Made by a program: the position numbers and the translations under genes. Source: Octopus sinensis (lineage: Eukaryota). Taken from it: a stretch of DNA of 64,000 bases. The DNA is taken from positions 70,184,001 through 70,248,000 of the forward strand of contig NC_042999.1 in NCBI RefSeq assembly GCF_006345805.1. Direction: 5' to 3'. The notes under the pieces were generated by a model. The model did no database searches. It was not told where the DNA came from and saw only the letters and a list, made by a program, of their open reading frames with translations. Positions within the stretch are counted from its first letter, which is position 1. Each line of letters opens with the position of its first letter. This document shows, in pieces, positions 52,095-62,804 of the stretch.

Positions 52095-52337
52095 TTGACT
52101 TCTGGCCGAAATCAGATCGCCATGTTGATTCGCTAGCTTCTGCACGCATATTTTTTTTCTCTCCTTCTTTCTGTGTTTTTTCTCTGTGTATCTTTCTGTT
52201 GAAGAGCGTAGGCTCGAAACGTTAAAGACTTGTTTTATTTATATTTCCTGAGCGCCATACTAATACAATTGTTTGTTTGTATTCCACCTGCCTTCGTCTT
52301 TTGTTTATTTCCGTAAACCTGCCTTCGTCTTTTGTCT
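52095..52337 (+). mobile_element. Short Penelope-like repeat, family H1
   Basis: Homology to the other H1 copies; small internal duplication CCTGCCTTCGTCTTTTGT; ends at (TA)n. Confidence 0.65.
52191..52228 (+). ncRNA. Minimal hammerhead motif, core CUGUUGA
   Basis: TCTTT-CTGTTGA-A-GAGC(GTAG)GCTC-GAA-ACGT-T-AAAGA, perfect 5-bp stem I. Confidence 0.7.
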
Positions 52338-52356
52338 ATTTTCATAAAGCTTCCCG

Positions 52357-52401
<45 letters not shown>

Positions 52402-52405
<4 letters not shown>

Positions 52406-52670
52406 AAATGGGACAAGAACGTAAAACATCCAGAAGACGGTACAAAAAACGCGGACGGGTCATTCGAAGCCTTTAATCTTCAGTCAAGAACCGGATCATC
52501 CTCTCAATTTCGGCTGATTAATCTTGAGATTGCTCCAATCTGGCCAGCCCCAAGGAAAAACTAAGCTAAGAGCATTAGATTCCTTGGAAAAAAGCTTCGA
52601 ATGTATACAAAACAAGAACGGGAAACGGACGATGTTACACGAATATAAGTACAAAAATAATACAAAAAAA
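52402..52670 (-). mobile_element. Short repeat family H2
   Basis: Homologous to 41975-42290; shares the (TA)n tract with the H1 copy. Confidence 0.6.
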
Positions 52671-52871
52671 ACAATAATAATAATAATAATAATAATAACA
52701 GGACATCGCAATAGGCGTCTTTCGACTGGAGACGAATTGAATTCAGCTGGCGTGTTAGGAATTAAGCCTACGGCAGAGGAAAAAGGTTGATGTGACATCG
52801 ACGCTGCCAAACCCACACACATTCAGATACAAATATACATACACAGACAGACGACAGATATGCAGACAAAC

Positions 52872-52873
52872 AG

Positions 52874-52938
<65 letters not shown>

Positions 52939-52949
52939 GAAAGATAGAG

Positions 52950-53015
<66 letters not shown>

Positions 53016-53069
53016 GCAGACAGACAGGCAAACTGACAGACAGACAGGCAGAAAGGCAGACAGACAGAC

Positions 53070-53128
<59 letters not shown>

Positions 53129-53133
53129 CAGAC

Positions 53134-53207
<74 letters not shown>

Positions 53208-53272
53208 GCAGACAGACAGACTGACAGGCAGGCAGACAGACAGACAGACTGTCAGGCAGGCAGGCAGGCAGG

Positions 53273-53361
<89 letters not shown>

Positions 53362-53464
53362 GGATGGATGGATGGATGGATGGATGGATGCATGCATGCA
53401 TGCATGCATGCATACATACATACATACATACATACATACATACATACATACATACATACATACA

Positions 53465-53495
<31 letters not shown>
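52872..53495. repeat. Compound array (TA)n-(GA)n-(GATA)n-(GACA/GGCA)n-(GATG)n-(CATG)n-(CATA)n
   Basis: Direct inspection. Confidence 0.95.
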
Positions 53496-54296
53496 TTCAT
53501 TAAATATATGCGGTGTTAGTAACGTGGCCGTTTGCCGAGACACTTATAGCCTCTCCATGTGTATGAAATGCCATTTACATGAGTGAAGAGAGAAAACGTG
53601 TGTTAGCAAGTTCCCACGAGTGTAGTTTGGTCTTCCGCCAGTTGGCTGAAATGAGTCGGTAATTCGGTTTATCGAATAACTCATCGTCGGTGTCGTTAGC
53701 GATCCACTTGCATTCACATTTACAGAAATGATTCAACAACAATGATATTAAATCTTAACGAAAAAATATTTGGGGTAGAAAACCTTGAAGACTGCCTAAG
53801 ATGGCTGTGTTTGGTATAGAACTCTGGACCTTGTGATCGCAAAGGGAACTTCTTAATTATTCGGTTATATTGTAGCCAATAGTAGAACCATCAGTTGCAT
53901 ACATACATACATACATACATACACACACACATACATACATACATACATACATACATACATACATACATACATACATACATACATACATACATACATACAT
54001 ACATGTTAAATCTTCTGAATGAATTGTGAAGTTTCTATTGAGAGTGCTAGCATGGTTTTGTGGTTAAGAATCTCACTTTGCACCCATGTGGTTTGGGTTC
54101 AATCCTACTTCGCGGCAGCTTGGGTTAGTATCTTCTGGTATAGTTCCGAGCGAGTTAATGTCTTGCGTGTAGATTTGATAGACGAAAATTGTGTGTGGAA
54201 ACCGGTTGTACGTACGTACGTACGTATGTATGTATGTATGTATGTATGTATGTATGTATGTATGTATGTATGTATGTATGTATGTATGTATGTATG

Positions 54297-54677
54297 TCTC
54301 TTCTATTTTTTAATTATTATAAATCTTCCACAGAGGAGGGAGCCGGTTTCCAACAAAGATACAAGCCTCCATCTTTGGGATGTAGTTAACACAGACAAAT
54401 TCACATTTGGAACTTGAGAAAAGTCTTGCATACTTTTACTGTTCCATTCACAGATTGCACTTGTAATATACGAATCAGCCGGTCAATTTCTCTTTCTGAA
54501 AATCCCAGTTTATCCAGATTCTCCTTTAAGCATTTGCTAACAAAACCTAGTGCTCCAAATATTATTGGTATGAATATGAATTCATAGTCTGGATATACAA
54601 GCTGGAGGTTTCGATGCAGTTGTCCATAAATAGCCTCTTTTATATCTGCAGGGCAGCTGACCTCTATGATGGTTTGC
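54297..54677 (-). mobile_element. 5'-truncated RLE-type LINE 3' end embedded in (CATA)n
   Basis: IIEVSCPAD...IYGQLHRNLQLVYPDYEFIFIPIIFGALG...KTFLKFQM*; 3' end AAAATAGAAGAGA then (CATA)n; (CATA)4 at the 5' junction. Confidence 0.9.
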
Positions 54678-54834
54678 ATGTATGTATGTATGTATTTTGG
54701 CCGCACTCCAATGAATGAAGCAAGTAAAAGGCAGAAGGTTAAAAAGCTACAGACAACTATTGAATGACATCTGAGGCGTTACACATCTCGTCCAAATCTC
54801 TCAACTACCAGCTGCCTATTCTTTGTACCGTACT

Positions 54835-55089
54835 TTACTCTTTTACTTGTTTCAGTCATTTGACAGCGGCCATGCTGGAGCACCGCCTTTAGTCGAGCAA
54901 ATCAACCCCAGGGCTTATTCTTTAGAAGCCTAGTACTTATTCTATCGATCGCGTTTACCGAACCGGTAAGTTACGGGGACGAAAATACACCAGCATTGGT
55001 TGTCAAGCAATGTTGGGGAGACAAACACAGACACACAAACATATACACACACATACATATATATTATATACATTATATATGTATATATA

Positions 55090-55129
<40 letters not shown>

Positions 55130-55130
55130 T

Positions 55131-55162
<32 letters not shown>

Positions 55163-55238
55163 CATTATATATATATATAATATATATATATATATTATAT
55201 ATATACATACATTATATATACATACATTATATATATAC

Positions 55239-55318
<80 letters not shown>

Positions 55319-55497
55319 TATATATACATACATATATACGACGGGCTTCTTTCAGTTTGCGTCTACCAAATCCACTCACAAGGCTTTGGTCGGCCCGAGG
55401 CTATAGTAGAAGACATTTGCCCAAGGTGCTACGCAATCGGAATGAGCCTGGAACCATGTGGTTGGTAAGCAAGCTACTTACCACACAGCCACTCCTG
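54835..55497 (-). mobile_element. SINE family 1 with greatly expanded internal (TA)-rich tract
   Basis: Both ends match consensus; internal tract ~55040-55337. Confidence 0.92.
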
Positions 55498-56013
55498 TGA
55501 GAAGTCTAAGTTGCTTTAATCTCCCCTTAACAATTTAACGCATCAAATATTTTTTTAACAAGCTCACAGGTTAATCTGGCACTGTTATTCTATATATTCA
55601 CTGGCTGGGAGATGAATCGCTGTTGTCTGTAGCGGTCGAGTGTCCTTCACTGACAAGATCAAAAAAATCGAAATAACGTGATCTGTTGGTCTCGGCGTTG
55701 GAGGTGGCGGGGATGCCTCTTCGCTAGCGATATTAACAGGAGTGCATTTTGCACCAGACGCCAATATGAGAGTTTTTCTCGTGGTAACTACCGCAGTATA
55801 GTTTGTTCTAAAAGAACATCCATGTTTAAATAAGGATAAATATTACTTCACAATATTTTAGACATTGTCCCAAAACGAATGTGCCCTTTATTATTTAAAA
55901 TGATAGAAAACGGTTGGGGTTGGATTCGGCATTTGTACTGCTACTTATAGCGGATCGAACGACCGCATAGGGCCACTCTCCTCAGTTTGCTACCGACAAG
56001 GAAAATATGAACT

Positions 56014-56326
56014 ATGTTTATGTTTGTTTATTCCTTCTCGAGCTATGCCTGGCTAATAAGGGCCGGTTTCCTGCTTTCCTTGGCGTATAGGTTCCCCACC
56101 TGGACGGGACGCCGGTCCGTCGCAGGTGAGCTGCAAGATGCAGGAGGAAAGAGTGAGAGAAAGTTGTGGCGAAAGAGTCAGCAGAAGTTCGCCATTACCT
56201 TCTGCCGGAGCCGCGTGGAGCTTAGGTGTTTCGCTCATAAACACACACATCGCCCAGTCTGAGATTCGAACCCGCGATCCCTCGACCGCGATTCTGCTGC
56301 TCTAACCACTAGGCCATGTGCCTCCT
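56014..56326 (-). mobile_element. SINE family 3, tail type A
   Basis: 12-bp TSD AAAATATGAACT at 56002-56013 and 56327-56338. Confidence 0.92.
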
Positions 56327-57174
56327 AAAATATGAACTGAGAGAAAGACAGTCGAATAAGCTGTCAGAACGTAAAATAAAATATTACAACGGTAACGGTT
56401 GCCTTATTCTTTGTTTAATTGTTCGTGTTTTTGCTCCAGTTTTGCGATTATACTTATCCCATATCTATGTTTTATAGCTAATTAGGCTGGTATGGCAGCG
56501 ATGTTTGATTGAGGCAAAACCAGAACAGGAAACACTTCAATTATGGAGGGACGAATTAAATATGAGGAAAGAAGATAAGAAGTAGTAATACTCAAAGGTT
56601 GAGAAAAAAAAACATCTATAAAGAGAGGTAGGAAAAATGGCGTATGAATATTCCATCTGGCTGAAATAGTTAAAGGGGCTGTTAAACTTGCTGAGAGAAG
56701 TTACTTCATGAATGAAATTCATTGGATTTTAACAAAGAGTAAGTAGTTGAACCAATGAGGATGTTTTTATGTGGTCGATCGACCGGTTAGAAATAAAAGC
56801 CAATTCTCCCTAAAATTATGGATAATATAGTCAAATAAAAGATGAGATGGTGAGAATTGAAACTAGAATGATAGAGTAGGGCCTCAACGTAATCCCTCAA
56901 TCTGCTAGGAATAGCAAACATATCTCACTCAAGTAACATCGTAGCTAGAATGTCTTTTGTTCATAGGCCTCCTTGATCAGAGATAACCAGGAGGTAAACG
57001 CAATCTTTCATCATAGGTCTGCTCACTTCCGCCTAACGTCACTAACGTAGTTAGAATCAGTACCGCCCAGGACAGCCCTTGAGTTTGCAGCACCACCACT
57101 TTAGCTCCAGACGACAATAAGTAAATTACACCAAAAATATGTAAAAAAAAAAATATTATAAGTACTAAATGGTT

Positions 57175-57295
57175 TCTCTTACTCTTTAACTTGTTTCAGT
57201 CATTTGACTGTGGCCATGCTGGAGCACCGTCTTTAGTCGAACAAATCGACCCCAAGACTTATTCTTTGTAAACCTAGTACTTATTCTATCGGTCT
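57175..57295 (-). mobile_element. SINE family 1, 3' fragment
   Basis: Family tail. Confidence 0.88.
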
Positions 57296-57564
57296 GGAAT
57301 CATTACTTTATTAGCCCAAACTCACGTGTTATTAAATTATCTGCTCAATTTCCGGTGATATATTGGTGACCGTTGACGTCTGAAGAATCAAAACAAACTC
57401 TGACGTCAAAACCTTTCGACGTTGGACGACCCCGTGAAGTTTCGTCTTTTTCACCTCAAACCTGTCTGGTCTGGTATGCGTCACGGCGCTTCTAACTTTA
57501 GTTGTAAGTTTCATGCATAATGACATTGTTACTGAAACACGTGATTAATGAATGTAGAATACAA

Positions 57565-57770
57565 TTACGGGATCTTTTCCTTTTGATAGACAGAATTCAA
57601 CACAATTTCTAGTTAACTAAACAATTTGAAACTTCGTATACTGGTAGAATGTGTCAAAAGAAAACATTATTTTCACTTGGCTTTTTTGATAAATTTGTAA
57701 TTCGTTTGTTTAACGTAGTTTAATTTTTCGAATTTTAACCAATCCTATGTCCCAATTACGCATATTATAA
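57565..57770. mobile_element. Partial arm of the fold-back/MITE family below
   Basis: ACGGGATCTTTTCCTTTTGA...ACTTCGTATACTGGTAGAATGTGTC. Confidence 0.7.
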
Positions 57771-57900
57771 CCAATGAAACATTTCGCGTAATATAAGAGA
57801 AATGAATTAAAAATGGTCTGGTATGTGTCACGGCGCCTTTAGCTTTAGAACCTGGCTACGCTACTACGTTCAAATGCACTCGAGCTGTGACCGTTTCATC

Positions 57901-58604
57901 CTTTTGAACGGCAGTTTTCAACACAATTTCTAATTAACTAAACTCTTTTAAACTTCGTATACTGGTAGAATGTGTCAAAATAAAACATTTTTTCTCTTGG
58001 CTTTCTTGGGAAACTTGTAATTTGTAACTCTAACGTAGTTTAATTTTTCGAATTGAGCTAAAATCATTTGCTGCGTCTAAAACTGAGACAACATCCTGTC
58101 ACTAACCCTAAGCCTAACACTAACCCTAATCCTAACACTAATCCTAACCCTAACCTTAAATTTTAGCCTTTCGGTTTTTTTTTCTTAATTGTTAAATTAA
58201 TTTAATTGTTACGCATGTGTCTAAAATTATTCGTTTTGTTTTTGCTTTGAGTTTTTGCTTTCGTTTTAGCATTTCGTTTTTTTTTTTCTTAATTGTTAAA
58301 TTAACTTAAGGATAACAATTAAGAAAAAAACGAAAGGCTAAAATTTAGGATTAGTGTTAGGGTTAGGGTTAAGGTCAGTGACAGGATGTTGTCTCAGTTT
58401 TAGACGCAGCAAATGATTTTAACTCAATAGAGGCCATCGATTGGTTAAAATTCGAAAAATTAAACTACGTTAAACTTACAAATTACAATTTTCTCAAGAA
58501 AGCCAAGAGAAAAAAATGTTTTATTTTGACACATTCTACCAGTATACGAAGTTTAAAAGTGTTTAGTTAACTAGAAAACTGCCGTTCAAAAGGAAAAGAT
58601 CCGT
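57901..58604. mobile_element. Long-arm fold-back element (~300-bp inverted arms) with degenerate (CCCTAA)n in each arm
   Basis: 57901-58200 is the reverse complement of ~58305-58600; terminal CTTTTGAACGGCAG / CTGCCGTTCAAAAGGAAAAGATCCGT. Confidence 0.8.
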
Positions 58605-59160
58605 TTCATCTCTTTTTCTCTTTAGAACTCCATAATTTAAGACGTCCTTTCTTCACTTGTTGTTATCGTTAAGTTTAGCCCCAGGTTAGCCTCGATCAAG
58701 CAGCTGATCTATGATCAAAAGGTTTCAAACTATAACGTTTACGTCTTTTCCCCGAGACACAGTGGACCCAAAATAGGATGTGCATTCAGAGAAATTTGCC
58801 TGCTATTTCTAGCCGTTTGAAGGAGCGCATAACTGTCCCCACTTTATCATGGTGATTACATTTCCCACCGGAAGTTCATGTTGCCGTTCATCTCTTCAAT
58901 TTGGATAAAGTAATTAAAGACAATATACAGGGAACTGATTCAATCCACCGTTCACGTCTTTCAAATTTTTGGCCTTTTGCCACTGTAAGAAATATTCCTT
59001 ATGTTATTACAAAAACCAGTAGCATAACTAGGGGAGGGAAGGGTCGAATGGCGGGGGCTGAGGAGGGTTGCCCCCTCCCCCCACACCGACTGATCCTTTT
59101 TTTTTTTAGGTAGTACTTTTGGGTTCACTGCTTAAGCTTGTATAAGTCTGTATTAGAATA

Positions 59161-59960
59161 TTGGGCTGTCAGATAAGTTCGTTCGCTTCTTTTTTTTAAA
59201 CTACATTTTTATTATAACCCTTCCCAATGTTATTTGAATTAAGACGAAAAATGCTTTTATCGCAGTGTTTTATGCTTTGGGTAGCTCTATTCTTTCACTA
59301 CAACTTTTGTTGAAAGTTTTCGAAATTTGAATGAATTTTATTTCTGGATCTTTTCGGTTTGAACGGCAGTTTTTTAAAATAATTTCCACGTAACTAAACA
59401 CTTTTAAACTTCGTATACTGGTAGAATGTGTTTATAAAACATCTTTGGATCTTTTCGGTTTTAACGGCAGTTTTTAAAATCATTTCTAGGTAACTAAAAA
59501 ATGTTTAACTTCGTATACTGTTAGAATATGTTTATAAAACATCTTTTTCTCTTGGCTTTATTGAGAAAATTCTATAGTTTGTAAGATATTTGTTGTTGTT
59601 TTTCTTCAATTTCTGCAATTTCAACCAATCGATGACGTCCATTGAGGTGAACAACATTCTGTGCCGTATGAATATGTCCCTCGTTTAAGAAACAGATTGG
59701 GTTTATTTACATTTGAGAAGAAAAAAAGATACACTTCCCCTCACCCCTAACCCTAACCCTAAAACACATTGAAATGCAATAGATCGATACTAGGGTCATA
59801 ATTATGGGTGACAATTTCATATGACACCACTAGAAAAAATTGCCGTTCAAACCGAAAAGATCCAAGAGAAATATTCACCTTTTATCGCCGAAGTGAACTA
59901 AAGTGTTTTAGAATATTGTTGAAAAGGCGTCAATTTTGAAAAAATGTGCTCGTGGAGGGT
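59161..59960 (-). mobile_element. Probable mariner 3' relic split by a MITE
   Basis: TA|TTGGGCTGTCAGATAAGTTC mariner-like terminus; weak C-terminal transposase similarity. Confidence 0.4.
59345..59864. mobile_element. MITE (520 bp) with ~30-bp TIRs and duplicated first ~100 bp
   Basis: TGGATCTTTTCGGTTTGAACGGCAG / TTGCCGTTCAAACCGAAAAGATCCA; no TSD visible. Confidence 0.88.
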
Positions 59961-60230
59961 GGTTGTCCTCCTTGCTCCCCTATTGGCAATGTAACTGTTT
60001 GAACATAGCCTACTTGATCAGAGGCTGATATGGGGTTAACAACGACAGCAACAAAAGAATACACGCTTACCGTAAATCCTCGAGTATAGTCCGCTCTTGA
60101 GTATAATACGCAGGGGATTTTTAGTCTCCAAACATTGCCGGACAGCAAATTACTTTCTATCAGAAGAGAATGATTTCTCCCATTTGCGACGACGGTGTAT
60201 CCAACACACTCGGCTCATTGGCGCAAAGGA

Positions 60231-60276
60231 TTCTGGGACACCGGTGTTTCGACTTGTTGGGTTTCGTCAACGAAAA
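60231..60276 (-). ncRNA. Decayed type I hammerhead motif (core UUGACGA, GUC triplet)
   Basis: TTTTCG-TTGACGA-AAC(CCAACAA)GTC-GAA-ACACCGGTGT-C-CCAGAA; perfect 10-nt palindromic stem III; mismatches in stems I and II. Confidence 0.45.
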
Positions 60277-60799
60277 ATATGGATGAATGGATGGACTGAC
60301 AGACGGACAGACAGACAGACAAACACATAGGTAGATGGATGGATGGATGGATGGATGGATGGATCATACTGATGCACACGTTAATTAAGCGAAAATGTAC
60401 TCAATGTTTGCTGCAAAGTTATAACTTTTATTAGCGTAAAATATCACAATTTTTAATAATCATTTTGTGTACGTATATGTAAGTGTGTGCATAAATATGT
60501 GTCGGCAAACCGAGTCATTTCTTCATACCTAAATGCCTCGCAGAGATTGACTAAGATCAACTGGTTGATTAACGTCAGCCGCACAAAACCTTTAGGCATG
60601 AGGAGATAATCCGGTTTACTTACGCACATTTATGATAGATTCTGCACACTTCTAACGCAAATGTGTTCTGATCACTTAGTGTTTTGGCATAAAATACATA
60701 AACAAACATACTGTGCCAGCATGGGAGAACGGGCGTAATATGATGATCGTTATGACGAGGATGTGATGATGACGATGATGATACGTGCTCACATCACAC

Positions 60800-60915
60800 C
60801 ACAGCTCTCCATATTTACACTACACACACCCGTGCATATGTAGATATACACATACATATGCATATAAATATACACACACACATATACATATATATGCATT
60901 GTATTTATGTATTAC

Positions 60916-60989
<74 letters not shown>

Positions 60990-61565
60990 GCATATATTCA
61001 TACACGTGTAAACATATATATGTGTGTATGTGTGTGGGGGAGTGTATGTATGTGTGTGTGTATATATACACATGCATGTATATATTATACACATACATAC
61101 ACACACACACACGCACACGTACACACATATATACATATATATATATACACAGTCATACATATGTATATATATATGCATATATATACACAGACGCACGTAT
61201 ACATATGTATACAAATACATACATACATGCATGCATACATGCATGCGTACATACATATATACATAGATACATACATGCATGCATGCATGCATGCATACAT
61301 ACATACATACATACATACATACATACATACATACATACATACATACATACATACATACATGAAACGTTGTCAAATACCTTTGATTGTTTATGTATATATA
61401 TAGACATACATATATACATATATATATACACACACACGCATGTATACATATGTATGCAAATGCATACATACATACATACATACATACATACATACATACA
61501 TACATACCTACATACATACATACATACATACATACATACGTACGTACGTACGTACGTACATACAT
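60800..61565. repeat. Compound (CA)/(TA)/(GA)/(CATA)n region with a ~204-bp local duplication
   Basis: GAAACGTTGTCAAATACCTTTGATTGTTT at ~61361 and ~61566. Confidence 0.88.
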
Positions 61566-62039
61566 GAAACGTTGTCAAATACCTTTGATTGTTTCTAGAA
61601 GACAGAATTTCGAGCATTTTGCTAAGTTTAGCCGTCAAACGTTAATGGTGCGTTGAGGTAAATGATGGCAGCATAATTAAATTGATAAAGCACCAAGTAA
61701 CATCAGATGATGTGAAAAAGTAGGATGGCAGCCAAACGTGTGTCTGTGTGATAAAATACAAGTTGTAAAGAAGAAATGGTGCCACTTTAACTTTAACCTG
61801 ACCATTTACACTTTAGCGTGCGGCCGACCTTGCACATTTTACACGTCGTGGTGCAGTCTACCTCTACTGAGAGAACTTTATAGTGCAAGATGATAAATGC
61901 AAGTTGAATAATGATTTATTAGTAATGGCTTAGACTTAATCATCCAAATCATAATCATGAAAATCATAATCCTTTTTTTAAATGCTAAATTAACGGTCAT
62001 TATTGTGATGGAATTCACACCGGACGAAATTCTTAACAG

Positions 62040-62196
62040 CATTTCTTCTACATTGTTTACATTATTTATTTTTGACAGATATTTGTCCTCATCTTGTTTG
62101 TTGTTAACACAACGTTTCGGCTGATATACCCTCCAGCCTTCATCAGATGTCTTGGGGTAATTTCGAAGCTGGGTTCTCATTCCTAAGGTATTTTTG
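62040..62196 (-). mobile_element. Penelope-like terminal repeat fragment
   Basis: Contains a canonical hammerhead motif. Confidence 0.65.
62106..62151 (-). ncRNA. Minimal type I hammerhead ribozyme motif, canonical core
   Basis: GACAT-CTGATGA-A-GGCTG(10 nt)CAGCC-GAA-ACGT-T-GTGTT. Confidence 0.8.
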
Positions 62197-62199
62197 ATG

Positions 62200-62226
62200 T
62201 TGTTGTTGTTGTTATTATTATTATTA

Positions 62227-62263
<37 letters not shown>

Positions 62264-62804
62264 GAGTGAGAGAGCAGCGCATGCCATCAAAGTGACACTG
62301 GGTTAAAACATACGAAGCCCAGTATACCCATCATGACTACCCGTCTGATAAGGTTACACCAGGCACATGCATCACAACCAAATGTGCGCGACACGGTGAT
62401 CTCATATCAAGATAAAAAGCGCATGACCTTGCAGGTGGGGGTCCAGTTAGAATTTTCTTCTGGTCGAGTTGAATAAGGATTGTTTAAGGATGTTGAACGA
62501 ACCACCCATGTTTCCAAAGATGAATTATCCAAACCTCTAAGAATTCCTTTCAACACACGGCTACGATGCTCCCCCACTACTTCTGCTCGTGATCAGAGAT
62601 GCACATATCGTCAGCCACTAAGGGACATGGTCAACTGGTTATGGTCAAACAACAGTGGTATTGAGCAGAATATTTTCTGTAGCCCATCTTTTATTATCAT
62701 CATCATCATCATCATTATTATTATTATTATTATTATTCAAGTCACTGCCTGGAATCGAACTCGGAATCTTGGGGTTAGTAACCCGCGTTTTTAACCACTA
62801 CGCC
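62200..62804 (-). mobile_element. SINE family 4: tRNA-like head, internal (TAA/TGA)n, (TAA)n tail
   Basis: GGCGTAGTGGTTAA...GAGTTCGATTCC A/B boxes at 62804-62745. Confidence 0.75.

Noticed and set aside
58095-58160. Telomere or chromosome-fusion site
   Set aside because: Short, degenerate and internal to a transposon arm
61361-61595. GAAACGTTGTC (3' half of a hammerhead), duplicated
   Set aside because: The 5' core is replaced by microsatellite, so no ribozyme can be supported
1692-61656. Numerous 60-260 aa ORFs rich in YI, CV, HT, MYVC and LSIY repeats
   Set aside because: Translations of microsatellites that lack stop codons; no coding evidence
62740-62804. tRNA gene-like sequences (also the heads at 17815, 40793 and 56326)
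   Set aside because: Broken anticodon and acceptor stems and continuity with SINE bodies; SINE heads, not tRNA genes
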